From an uncultured Clostridia bacterium (GTDB taxonomy: Bacteria > Bacillota > Clostridia > Oscillospirales > CAG-382): a DNA stretch of 50,247 nt. Of the stretch, positions 8,908-17,145 are shown in pieces (the first letter of the stretch is position 1; each line of letters starts with the position of its first letter). The stretch covers positions 1 to 50,247 of the forward strand of contig CAMZED010000002.1 of NCBI GenBank assembly GCA_947305675.1, read 5' to 3'. The translations under genes were made by a program, and so were the position numbers. Below the pieces are notes generated by a model. The model ran no database searches and had not been told where the DNA came from. It saw nothing but the letters and a program-made list of their open reading frames with translations.

Positions 8908-8929
8908 TTATTTACGTCGTTATAAAGTG

Positions 8930-8958
8930 TTGATTTTTCGGCGGAAACGTGTTATAAT
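8930..8958 (+). promoter_or_regulatory. Sigma-A type promoter (extended -10)
   Basis: TTGATT, a 17-nt spacer and TATAAT preceded by TGt. AAGGAG RBS precedes the ATG at 8989. Confidence 0.6.
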
Positions 8959-8988
8959 CATAAAAGAAACAGTTAAGGAGCGATAATA

Positions 8989-9585
8989 ATGGTTTCAGAC
9001 GTAATTCACGTTGCGAGCGACGGCACCGGTATGGAAGAAGCGCTTGCGATCGCCGACAAGGTCGCCGCTTATCAGTCGCTGGACAAAAAAAGCGCCGTTC
9101 ACTTAAGGCTTTTCGCCGAGGAGATGATGGGCATGATGAAAGCCCTCACCGGCGAACGCGAAGCCGATTTCCGCATAGAGGTAAAAGACGGCGTCGATTC
9201 GCTGCACCTGACGGCTGAAACAATGATGAACGCCGAAATGCGCGCAAAACTCATCTCCGCCTCCACCGCGGGCGAAAACGCCGCCGCTAAAGGGTTTGCC
9301 GGCAAACTGAAAGATATTTTCCAGCGCGCGTTCGAACCCCAGTTTTACGGCGGCGAGGATCTTGTCGGGACCGGGTTCGCCGGCACTTCCGCCGAGATAA
9401 GCGGGGTCTCGCTTTCGACGGCGGGTATGTGGTCGCTCAACCGGTATAAAAACTCCGCCGCTTCGGAACGCCCCGACAAAGATTGGGACGAACTTGAACG
9501 TTCGGTGGTGGCGGAACTTGCCGACGAAGTGGAAGTCGGCATCTCCGGCAACACGGTCGAACTTGTAGTTTACAAAAAATTTTGA
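8989..9585 (+). CDS. Hypothetical acidic cytoplasmic protein, upstream partner of a STAS protein
   Basis: 198 aa with a strong AAGGAG RBS. It lies 15 nt upstream of the STAS gene. No signal peptide and no recognisable N/G1/G2 kinase boxes. Confidence 0.6.
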   Translation: MVSDVIHVASDGTGMEEALAIADKVAAYQSLDKKSAVHLRLFAEEMMGMMKALTGEREADFRIEVKDGVDSLHLTAETMMNAEMRAKLISASTAGENAAAKGFAGKLKDIFQRAFEPQFYGGEDLVGTGFAGTSAEISGVSLSTAGMWSLNRYKNSAASERPDKDWDELERSVVAELADEVEVGISGNTVELVVYKKF

Positions 9586-9600
9586 AAGGACCGACATAAA

Positions 9601-9897
9601 ATGACTTTACAAAAAATCGCCAACGGATCCCAGCTCACAGTCGAGATCGAGGGCAGGCTCGACACCTCCACCGCGCCCGAATTCGAATCGTTCATAAACG
9701 ACAATATCGCCGGAGTCGCAGAACTTATAATCGATATGAAGAATCTCGACTACATATCGTCGGCGGGTCTGCGCGTTCTTCTTTCCGCGCAGAAAAAGAT
9801 GAACGCAGTCGGCAAAATGATCGTCAAAAACGCCAACGAGACCGTAAAAGAAATATTCGAGGTCACCGGTTTCTCCGATATCCTCACCATTGAGTAA
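9601..9897 (+). CDS. STAS-domain anti-sigma-factor antagonist (SpoIIAA/RsbV-like)
   Basis: 98 aa. LDYISSAGLRVLL contains the conserved phospho-Ser context. The overall pattern GRLDTSTAPEF ... VTGFSDIL is typical of the family. Confidence 0.85.
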   Translation: MTLQKIANGSQLTVEIEGRLDTSTAPEFESFINDNIAGVAELIIDMKNLDYISSAGLRVLLSAQKKMNAVGKMIVKNANETVKEIFEVTGFSDILTIE

Positions 9898-9923
9898 GAT
9901 CGCCCTGATCCGAAACAAAAACA

Positions 9924-9963
9924 CGCCGGAGGAATGAACGTCTCATTCCTCCGGCGGTTTTTT
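9924..9963. terminator. Bidirectional terminator between convergent genes
   Basis: A 14-bp stem cgccggaggaatga/tcattcctccggcg is flanked by a T-run on the plus strand and tgtttttgttt on the minus strand. Confidence 0.75.
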
Positions 9964-9983
9964 CAGCATAGGGTGAGCGCCGC

Positions 9984-11225
9984 TCACCCTACGTTTGTTT
10001 TTAAATATTCGGTCGCCCGGTAAAGCATCACAGCGCAATCGCGCCGTGTAAGCGGTTTTGCCGGATCGTCGGCGGGGTCGATTATACCCTCGCGGCGCAG
10101 CGCCGAAAGCACCGGGGTTATCTCGTCGGATCCGTCGGCGTTGGCTGTTTTGTATGCCGGGATCGAAAGCGCCGCCGCCGTCATGGCGGCCGCCTCGCCC
10201 ATCAATATGGCGGATCTCGGGCGGAACGCTCCGCTGTCGAGCTTTATAAGCCCTTTGTCCGCCGCCGCGGCGATAAAACCTTTAAGCCCCGACGAAAGTC
10301 CCGCGTCGTCGGTCGCGACGGTGTCTGCCACCGCCCGGACGCTGTCGGCAAGTCCGGCCGCACACATAAGCATTACCAGAAAATCCACTCTGTCGACTTC
10401 GGTTTCCGGCTCGAAAACATATTCCCCCGCGGCGTAACGGTAAGTCATAACGTCGGCGGCGCACATCTGCTGCGCCGCAAGATGGGCGCTGTCGTCAAGC
10501 ATATCCGAAAACTTTATCCCCGAAGGATTTTCAGCGACGGTGATCGAACAGGCGACCTCGCCGGATTCGGCGCCGAAACGGTCGGAAACGGTATAAACAA
10601 GTTTATCCTTTCCGGTGAATCCCTCGTTCGGGGAATAGAACAGCTTGCCGTCGGACGTGATCTCGACCGACCCGTTTCGCGGATAGGAAACGACGTTCAC
10701 GGCAACTTCGTCGCCGTCGGGATCGTAGTATTCCAGTTTGCCCTCACAGGCGATCCCTTCCACGGTAAATACTTCCGAGTCGCCGCCTACCGGCGCAAGG
10801 TTATCCGAATCGCGCAGGGTTATCACACAGCGGACGGCTGTTTTCCAGTTCGCGGCGTCGCTGCTGAATCCGAACCCCGCGGACTCCGTTTCGGCGTTCG
10901 GCACGAACCTCAGGTAATTCAGCTGTTCCGCCGGAACGGTCTGGCCTTTAATTATTCCCGCGCCGCGGAACATAAGCACTCCGTCGGCGGGATCGGGCAA
11001 TTCAGTCACGGTGATATAAGTTATCGGGCTGCCCAGTGCCGATTCGAAATCCCCGCGGGTGAACGCCGCGCTTTCGTTTTTACGGGCGTATTTTTCAAGC
11101 GCAGTGCCGTTTTTTATTATCCCGAACGCCTTCGGAAGCCGTTCGTCCGCCTCCCGGCTGCCGCCGCAGGCAAACAGCGAAAGCGCCAGCGCAAAACAGA
11201 TCATAAGGGCGATCAATCTTTTCAT
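9984..11225 (-). CDS. Secreted lipoprotein with a cadherin/Ig-like domain and SLH-like C-terminal repeats
   Basis: 413 aa. The signal peptide plus lipobox is MKRLIALMICFALALSLFAC. The Ig-like module is VVSYPRNGSVEITSDGKLFYSPNEGFTGKDKLVYTVSD. The C-terminal region has SLH-like F-D ... F-P ... TR segments. Confidence 0.7.
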   Translation of the reverse strand: MKRLIALMICFALALSLFACGGSREADERLPKAFGIIKNGTALEKYARKNESAAFTRGDFESALGSPITYITVTELPDPADGVLMFRGAGIIKGQTVPAEQLNYLRFVPNAETESAGFGFSSDAANWKTAVRCVITLRDSDNLAPVGGDSEVFTVEGIACEGKLEYYDPDGDEVAVNVVSYPRNGSVEITSDGKLFYSPNEGFTGKDKLVYTVSDRFGAESGEVACSITVAENPSGIKFSDMLDDSAHLAAQQMCAADVMTYRYAAGEYVFEPETEVDRVDFLVMLMCAAGLADSVRAVADTVATDDAGLSSGLKGFIAAAADKGLIKLDSGAFRPRSAILMGEAAAMTAAALSIPAYKTANADGSDEITPVLSALRREGIIDPADDPAKPLTRRDCAVMLYRATEYLKTNVG

Positions 11226-11313
11226 TATCGCATTATCTCCTCTTTTTTCGGTATGTTAAATTAATATACGCTGTTTCCGGCGTATATTCCCAAAAGGAGC
11301 AAAAAAGCAAATA

Positions 11314-11365
11314 ACGCCCTTGCGGGCGCACGAAAAAGCCGGCTGACATATAACGTAAGCCGGCT
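11314..11365 (-). terminator. Two tandem terminator hairpins after the 884-aa lipoprotein gene
   Basis: On the minus strand, agccggct...agccggct is followed by ttttcg, and gcgccc-gcaa-gggcg is followed by a T-rich tail. Confidence 0.6.
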
Positions 11366-11417
11366 CTTTCTCATATTTAATTTATCGGCGCGGCGCGTTC
11401 GCAGCCGGACCAAGGCT

Positions 11418-14072
11418 TTATCCGACGGTCACGGTCACCTCGGTGACGGCGCCGGAAGTATGTCCGAGATCGATGCAGATTGCAAAACTGTCCTTGCCGG
11501 TGAACCCCTGCAGAGGATAATAGGCAAAACTGCCGTCGTGGTTGACTCTTACCGAGCCGTAGCGCGGAGAAACCGCGACTGTAAGCGAATCACCGTATTC
11601 GGAGAATTCTCCGAGTTCGATCTTTCCGCTTACGGCTTTGCCCGCCTTGCCCGAAAGTTCGATCTTGCTTCCTGAAGGCAAACTTACCTCTCCGACTTCG
11701 GCGACCTCGAATTTCTCGTTGGCGAAGAGATAAAGATCGTCGTAGATTTTGCGGACGGACGATTCTTTGGAATAGCAGGCGGTGTAAAACGCGCCGGGAA
11801 CCCCGTCCTGATAATAGATCTTAACGGCGTTCATATATCCAGTCTGCGCGCCGGCGACCATATATTCGTGGAATCTGGCGGCGTTGTTTTTGTTTGTCGG
11901 GTCGGAGATCTCCATCTCGACGCACATCCCGAGCAAACGGGTGATCTCGGCGTTGGTATAAAGGATCTCGGAGCTGAGATTCGACCTGAACATATAGTTC
12001 GGCTGCATGCAGGCGAGATCGAATCCGAGCGCCTTCCAATCGGCGTAACCCGAAGCCGACTGATAGGGGATCCAGAACAGTTTGTATCCGAGCTTGTGGG
12101 CGTATTCCGAAGCGTATTTTATAAGCTGAGTCTCGTGCGGGTCGCTGTAGTTTATCGATTCTTCAAACCAATAATAGCCTTTGAAATCAAGGTTTTTGTA
12201 ATTTCCTGCTTTGAATCTCGCAAGAGTTTCGTCCATTATCCATTTAATGGCTTTTTTGCGGTCTTCGATCTTCGAAAAATCCTCGTCCGTGCCGTCGCCG
12301 TCGATATCTCCGAACTTGTTCGGGCGGTCGTCGACGGTCGGGAAGGTGTAAAGCACGGGAGTATAAACTTTTACTTTATAGTCTTCGCGGCGGAGTTGCG
12401 TTTTTACGTTCTGAACGCATTCTTCCAGCGCGTTCATATTGCGGCCTTCAAAGAATATGTCGTCGAGATAGAACCTCCATCCCGCCGCGGTCTTTCCGTT
12501 GGCGCTGTAATTGAAACTTGTGTACGGCAGATAAAGGAACGCGTCGAAGAACGTGTCGGTGATCTTGCCGGACGCGTCAAGATAAGCCGTGTAGGGCAGA
12601 TATTCCTCCGGCATGATCAACCCGTTTTCGCTGTGGTTGTCGCCGTTCGGTATGCAGTTATAAGAAAGCAGCATATTGTGAACTCCGTCGAAATCCGCGG
12701 GCGTTATATAACTGCCGTTAAGGCTTGCTTTATCGTCGGGCGAATCGGGAACGATATCTTTCGCGCCGGAAACGTTCTTCTTGCCGAAAATCTCTATCTC
12801 GTCGACGTAGGCGTGCACGTCGACGATGAACGAAAGTTTTGCATAGCGCGCTTTTGTGCTCTGTTTAAAAGTTTCGGAAACGCGCGTGATCTCGCTTGCG
12901 GCGGTGGAACCGTTGACCGATTCGGCGCTGTAAAGCGTTTGCCATTCCCTGCCGTCGAGCGATACCGCAAGCCTTATATAGCGCGGATACCTTACACCGG
13001 GCTGAGTATCTTTGAGGAAGCCGGCGGAAAAACCGCTTACCGCCGAAATCGCACCGAGATCGACGACTATTTCGCGGCTGTCCCCGCGGGTGAAATGCAT
13101 CCAGCTGCCGTCGCTTATGGCGGCGAGGCTCGCTTTGCGGCTGTCGGTGAGCAGCGCTGTGTTTTTGGTATTGAACCAGTCGGTGGCGATATCCTCGGTG
13201 AGCGACGACCCGGCGAACACGAGCGCACGTCTGCCGGCGGCGAGGTTTATGGTTTTGTCGTAATCGGGAACCGATTTATCCCAGTTCTTTTCCTCTTCGA
13301 TCAACGGAACTTCGCTTGCTCCGTAATAGTCGGCGGATTTTATCACACCGGTCTTTTCGTCGGAGTCTTTATATTTTTCGTCGTAGGCGTAAGCGCTTAT
13401 CTCGCCGACAAACAGCCATACCGAAGATCCGCCCGAAATACTCACGCGGATATACCTTGCGCTTATCGAGTTCTGAAGGTTCACCGGAAAATCGTAAGCC
13501 TCGTTCGTCTGCATATCCGAAGGGGGATAAGCCGTGCCCACGCAGACGTATTCTTTATCTTCCCCGGCGACGTAATAAGTCACTTTCGAGCTGACGCCTA
13601 TTCCGTAAGAAACGTGGTTGAGCACGTCGGTGCGGAAATCGAGTATCCCGCCGACCGTTTTGCCGAGATCGAAATCGATCGTGATCCCGTCCGCCGCGGG
13701 CTTGTAATAACCGACCCAGGTGCTTTTATCAAAAGCGACGGGCGATTCGCCGTCGGTAAGCAATCTGCCGCGGTCGGGATATTCCTCGCTGGCGAACGCC
13801 GAGCTTTCGTAATAACTCTTATAAAGGACATTGTCTTTCCCCATATTCCGGTCGCTTCCGCCGGTAAGCAAAGCGTCGATCTTCGCGACTTGTTCGGCGG
13901 CAAGCGCGGCTTTCGGGTCGGATTCGGGTTCCGACTGCGCCGCGGCGCCGCTTTCGGTCTCGGAAGCGCCTTCGCTTACGTCCGCGCCGGAAGTGCCCGC
14001 GTAGGAAGAGTTATTGCACGCCGCGGCAAAAAGCATCGCCGCGACAATTATAAGGCATATCAATCTTTTCAT
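11418..14072 (-). CDS. Large secreted lipoprotein: discoidin (F5/8 type C)-like domains, DUF4855-like catalytic-looking domain, C-terminal Ig-like module
   Basis: 884 aa. The lipobox is LFAAAC. Discoidin-like ends are ARYIRVSISGG...VGEISAY and ARYAKLSFIV...VDEIEIFG. The region KGYYWFEE...FWIPYQSASG...MQPNYMF resembles DUF4855 from memory. The C-terminal module is SPRYGSVRVNHDGSFAYYPLQGFTGKDSF. Confidence 0.65.
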   Translation of the reverse strand: MKRLICLIIVAAMLFAAACNNSSYAGTSGADVSEGASETESGAAAQSEPESDPKAALAAEQVAKIDALLTGGSDRNMGKDNVLYKSYYESSAFASEEYPDRGRLLTDGESPVAFDKSTWVGYYKPAADGITIDFDLGKTVGGILDFRTDVLNHVSYGIGVSSKVTYYVAGEDKEYVCVGTAYPPSDMQTNEAYDFPVNLQNSISARYIRVSISGGSSVWLFVGEISAYAYDEKYKDSDEKTGVIKSADYYGASEVPLIEEEKNWDKSVPDYDKTINLAAGRRALVFAGSSLTEDIATDWFNTKNTALLTDSRKASLAAISDGSWMHFTRGDSREIVVDLGAISAVSGFSAGFLKDTQPGVRYPRYIRLAVSLDGREWQTLYSAESVNGSTAASEITRVSETFKQSTKARYAKLSFIVDVHAYVDEIEIFGKKNVSGAKDIVPDSPDDKASLNGSYITPADFDGVHNMLLSYNCIPNGDNHSENGLIMPEEYLPYTAYLDASGKITDTFFDAFLYLPYTSFNYSANGKTAAGWRFYLDDIFFEGRNMNALEECVQNVKTQLRREDYKVKVYTPVLYTFPTVDDRPNKFGDIDGDGTDEDFSKIEDRKKAIKWIMDETLARFKAGNYKNLDFKGYYWFEESINYSDPHETQLIKYASEYAHKLGYKLFWIPYQSASGYADWKALGFDLACMQPNYMFRSNLSSEILYTNAEITRLLGMCVEMEISDPTNKNNAARFHEYMVAGAQTGYMNAVKIYYQDGVPGAFYTACYSKESSVRKIYDDLYLFANEKFEVAEVGEVSLPSGSKIELSGKAGKAVSGKIELGEFSEYGDSLTVAVSPRYGSVRVNHDGSFAYYPLQGFTGKDSFAICIDLGHTSGAVTEVTVTVG

Positions 14073-14098
14073 AATCCTTGTCTCCTCAGGGTCAAATT

Positions 14099-14130
14099 AT
14101 GGGCTGCCGTTAAGCAGCCCATAAATTTTT
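14099..14130. terminator. Hairpin terminator between lipoprotein genes
   Basis: The hairpin is atgggctgc-cgttaa-gcagcccat, followed by aaattttt. Confidence 0.5.
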
Positions 14131-14149
14131 GCAAAACTTTACGCTGTTA

Positions 14150-14917
14150 TTATTCGCCGTAGATCTCTACTTCGTTCAGGAAGCCCCAGGTACCGGCAAC
14201 ATAGCAGGTAACGCGGACGTAACGCGCGTCGACGCTGTCGAACGATTTTTCGACCCAGGCGCAGGCGCTCTGAACGTCTTCGGGGATATTTGCTTTGGGG
14301 ATCTCCGCCACGGCGGTGTAGTTTTCGCCGTCGGTGGAAACCGCGACTGTGCCGCCGGTCATAAGCGGAACGCCCCAGTCGGTGCGTTTGCCGACGTGGA
14401 TCTTAACGGTATTGACGCTGCGGGTCTCGCCGAGGTCGAACACAAGCACACCTACTCCTTCGGGAGCGTTGGTGTTGCTGTTGAACCCGAACCAATGACC
14501 GACCCCGTCCTCGTCGTCCTGGTTTACGACCTCAACGTCGTAAACTTTGCCATCGGTGAGGTTGGCGTCGTAATGTTCGTTATAAGTGCCGCCGCGGCGG
14601 GTAAGTCCGTCTCCGGAAGCGATAACGTAGGATTTGCCGAGCGCAAGGTTGGAACCGCTTGCAACGGGTTCGCTCTTGGATTCTTCGGGTTCTTCGCTCG
14701 ATTCGTCGACGGGTTCTTCGCTCGATTCGTCGACGGGTTCTTCGCTTGATTCGTCGACGGGTTCGGCAACCGATTCCTCGGGAGTGGATTCGGCGGGAGT
14801 GGATTCGGCGGGGGTGGATTCAGCGGGGGTGGATTCGGCGGGAGTGCTGTTGTTGCACGCCGCGAGAGCAAGGCTCATAACAAATACGAGTGCGAGGATG
14901 ACTGCGATCTTTTTCAT
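14150..14917 (-). CDS. Lipoprotein with acidic tandem-repeat linker and C-terminal discoidin-like domain (paralog A)
   Basis: 255 aa. The N-terminus is MKKIAVILALVFVMSLALAAC. It carries 4 TPAES repeats and 3 EEPVDESS repeats. The C-terminal domain contains NLTDG ... ARYVRVTCY ... LNEVEIYGE. Confidence 0.8.
   Translation of the reverse strand: MKKIAVILALVFVMSLALAACNNSTPAESTPAESTPAESTPAESTPEESVAEPVDESSEEPVDESSEEPVDESSEEPEESKSEPVASGSNLALGKSYVIASGDGLTRRGGTYNEHYDANLTDGKVYDVEVVNQDDEDGVGHWFGFNSNTNAPEGVGVLVFDLGETRSVNTVKIHVGKRTDWGVPLMTGGTVAVSTDGENYTAVAEIPKANIPEDVQSACAWVEKSFDSVDARYVRVTCYVAGTWGFLNEVEIYGE
14687..14840. repeat. In-frame coding tandem repeats (3 x 24 nt, then 4 x 15 nt)
   Basis: gggttcttcgctcgattcgtcgac occurs 3 times (14687-14758). 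ggRgtggattcRgcg occurs 4 times (14781-14840). Confidence 0.85.
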
Positions 14918-14944
14918 AACAAATACCTTTCTGCAAAGCGGTTA

Positions 14945-15700
14945 TCAGCCGGCGATAACGGCAAGTTCGTCGATAAAGTTGTGGACTGCCGTTACGGTGA
15001 AGCTGAACTGAACGTAGCGCGCGTTCGTGCTGTCAAAGCCGAAATCGACCCAATATGCGTCCGCGCCTTCTTCGAAAGAAGTCTGCGAAGCGACGGTTTT
15101 AAAGGTCTTGCCGTCGGAAGAAACGGCGATCGCGATCTCGGAGGGGGCGCCGATGCCGGCTTCACCGGGGTTGATCATATGCACTCTTGCGCAGTTGACG
15201 GCGGTATCTTTGCCGAGGTCGACAACAATGCCGCAAACTCCGCCGGGAGCGTTGCCCGCGTCGGGATTGGGCGAAACCGAGAACCATACGTCTTCGGCAT
15301 AGCTTATTTCGGGGCTGGTGACGCCGTCGGTAAGGTTGGCGTTATAGTGGCAGGGATATTCGGACTGTTCTTTGGTAAGTATAAGCCCTTTTCCGGAACC
15401 TGTAACGGTGTAGGATTTGCCCAAAGCGACGTTTTCATCGCCTACGACGACCGGCTCTTCGCTCGATTCTTCGGGTTCTTCGCTCGATTCTTCCGGTTCT
15501 TCGCTCGATTCGTCAACGGGTTCTTCGCTTGATTCGTCAACGGGTTCAGCAACCGATTCCTCGGGAGTCGATTCCTCGGGAGTCGATTCGGCGGGGGTGG
15601 ATTCAGCGGGGGTGGATTCGGCGGGAGTGCTGTTGTTGCACGCCGCGAGAGCAAGGCTCATAACGAATACGAGCGCAAGGATGACTGCGATCTTTTTCAT
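14945..15700 (-). CDS. Lipoprotein with acidic tandem-repeat linker and C-terminal discoidin-like domain (paralog B)
   Basis: 251 aa. The first 30 or so residues are identical to paralog A, with only synonymous nucleotide differences. Repeat counts differ (TPAES x3, TPEES x2, EEPVDESS x2, EEPEESS x2). The C-terminal domain contains ARYVQFSF ... IDELAVIAG. Confidence 0.8.
   Translation of the reverse strand: MKKIAVILALVFVMSLALAACNNSTPAESTPAESTPAESTPEESTPEESVAEPVDESSEEPVDESSEEPEESSEEPEESSEEPVVVGDENVALGKSYTVTGSGKGLILTKEQSEYPCHYNANLTDGVTSPEISYAEDVWFSVSPNPDAGNAPGGVCGIVVDLGKDTAVNCARVHMINPGEAGIGAPSEIAIAVSSDGKTFKTVASQTSFEEGADAYWVDFGFDSTNARYVQFSFTVTAVHNFIDELAVIAG
15452..15625. repeat. In-frame coding tandem repeats (18-, 24- and 15-nt units)
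   Basis: This is the same unit family as 14687-14840 but with different copy numbers. Confidence 0.8.
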
Positions 15701-15745
15701 TGATGATCTCTCCTTAAAAAGATAATATCGGATTAGATTTACGGC

Positions 15746-15774
15746 AATTATACATTAATTTTCATTCCGTGTCA
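15746..15774 (-). promoter_or_regulatory. Consensus sigma-A promoter for the lipoprotein paralog pair
   Basis: On the minus strand: TTGACA (15774..15769), a 17-nt spacer, TATAAT (15751..15746). Confidence 0.7.
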
Positions 15775-15802
15775 AGCGGTTTTGCAAAATGAACATATCG
15801 TA

Positions 15803-16258
15803 TTATTTTTCGCGCATCAGTTTTGTGAGTTCTTCCATAAAAGCACCGATATCGCGGAACTGGCGGTAGACCGAGGCAAAGCGGACGTAAGCGACTTCGT
15901 CAAGGTCTTTCAGTTTGTCCATCACCATCTCGCCGATGCGGGTTGAAGGCACCTCGTTCTGGAGCGAATTCTGCAAAGTCGATTCGATCTCGTCGACAAC
16001 GGCATTCATCTGCGAAAGCGTGACCTGGCGTTTGTCGCAGGCGCGGATTATACTGTTGAGTATCTTATTGCGGTCGAACGTCTCGCGCGAGGAATCTTTT
16101 TTTATAACGATCAGCGGCAGGGTCTCGATGTTTTCATAGGTCGTGAAACGTTTGCCGCATTCAAGACATTCACGGCGGCGCCTGATCGATTGCCCGTCCG
16201 CCGACGGACGCGAATCGATAACTATGCTTTTAAGATGACCGCAGGAAGGGCATTTCAT
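15803..16258 (-). CDS. nrdR: Transcriptional repressor NrdR
   Basis: 151 aa. The N-terminus MKCPSCGH...VIDSRP...[18 protein letters not shown] carries the zinc ribbon, followed by an ATP-cone. Confidence 0.93.
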   Translation of the reverse strand: MKCPSCGHLKSIVIDSRPSADGQSIRRRRECLECGKRFTTYENIETLPLIVIKKDSSRETFDRNKILNSIIRACDKRQVTLSQMNAVVDEIESTLQNSLQNEVPSTRIGEMVMDKLKDLDEVAYVRFASVYRQFRDIGAFMEELTKLMREK

Positions 16259-16369
16259 TGTTTTTAACTCCTGTCTTTTGTCTTTGGTTTTATATCACTT
16301 ATACTTATTTCGATCGCCATTTTACCACATTGCGTCGGGATTGTAAAGTGTTTTGAAAAAATATGTTTA

Positions 16370-16398
16370 TTGACAACCCGCCGGCGTTGTGGTATCAT
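16370..16398 (+). promoter_or_regulatory. Sigma-A promoter for deoD (extended -10)
   Basis: TTGACA, a 17-nt spacer and TATCAT preceded by TGg. Confidence 0.65.
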
Positions 16399-16434
16399 CT
16401 TCTAAAATAAAATGCCGGGAACGGAGGAATTTGA

Positions 16435-17142
16435 ATGGCAACACCCCACAACAGCGCAAACGTCGGCGATATCGCCGAAACGGTGGTAATGTGCGGCGAC
16501 CCGCTCAGGGTAAAATACATCGCCGAAAATTATCTTGAAAAAGCCGAAATGTTCAACGAGGTCCGCGGAATGTACGGTTTCACCGGATATTACAAAGGCA
16601 AACGCTTATCGGTCATGGGGCACGGAATGGGCATGCCTTCCATCGGCATCTACGCCCATGAGCTTTATAATTTTTTCGGAGTGAAGTCGATCATCCGCGC
16701 CGGAAGCGCCGGCGGCCTTTGCGACGATGTAAAACTGCGTGATATAGTCATTGCGCAGGGCACCTGCACCGACAGCAACTTCGCCTGGCAATACGGGATC
16801 ACCGGTTCCTTTGCGCCCATTGCCGATTTCGGCTTGCTGCGCGCGGCTGTCGAAAACGCCGAAAAGCTCGGGCTTTGCGTAAAAGTCGGCAACCTTTATT
16901 CCACCGACGTGTTCTATTCCCCCAAAAACGCCAACGATTCCATGCGCGATATGGGCGTGCTCGCCGTCGAGATGGAAGCCGCCGCGCTTTATATGATCGC
17001 CGCCAAAGCCCACGCAAAAGCGCTTTGTGTCTGCACGGTGAGCGACCATTTGTACAGCCCCGAAAAGCTCACCGTCGAGGAACGTCAGACCGGGTTCGAC
17101 AATATGATCAGGCTTTGCCTGGAAACCGCGGCGGGCTGCTGA
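16435..17142 (+). CDS. deoD: Purine nucleoside phosphorylase, DeoD type
   Basis: 235 aa. MATPHNSANVGDIAETVVMCGDPLRVKYIAE ... GFTGYYKGKRLSVMGHGMGMPS is close to E. coli DeoD. GGAGG RBS. Confidence 0.92.
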   Translation: MATPHNSANVGDIAETVVMCGDPLRVKYIAENYLEKAEMFNEVRGMYGFTGYYKGKRLSVMGHGMGMPSIGIYAHELYNFFGVKSIIRAGSAGGLCDDVKLRDIVIAQGTCTDSNFAWQYGITGSFAPIADFGLLRAAVENAEKLGLCVKVGNLYSTDVFYSPKNANDSMRDMGVLAVEMEAAALYMIAAKAHAKALCVCTVSDHLYSPEKLTVEERQTGFDNMIRLCLETAAGC

Positions 17143-17145
17143 ATA

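Noticed and set aside
9971-9991. Hairpin agggtgagcg-c-cgctcaccct, considered as a separate terminator.
   Set aside because: It overlaps the stop codon of the 413-aa gene and lacks a T tail on either strand. The adjacent 9924-9963 hairpin is the more convincing bidirectional terminator.
11868-14162. A 764-aa plus-strand ORF opposite the 884-aa lipoprotein gene.
   Set aside because: It has no RBS or recognisable domain and a biased composition. The opposite strand encodes a protein with a signal peptide, lipobox and recognisable domains.
14687-15625. Regularly spaced 15-24 nt direct repeats that might suggest a CRISPR-like array.
   Set aside because: The repeats are contiguous with no spacers, in frame, and encode the acidic PAEST/EEPVDESS linkers of two lipoproteins.
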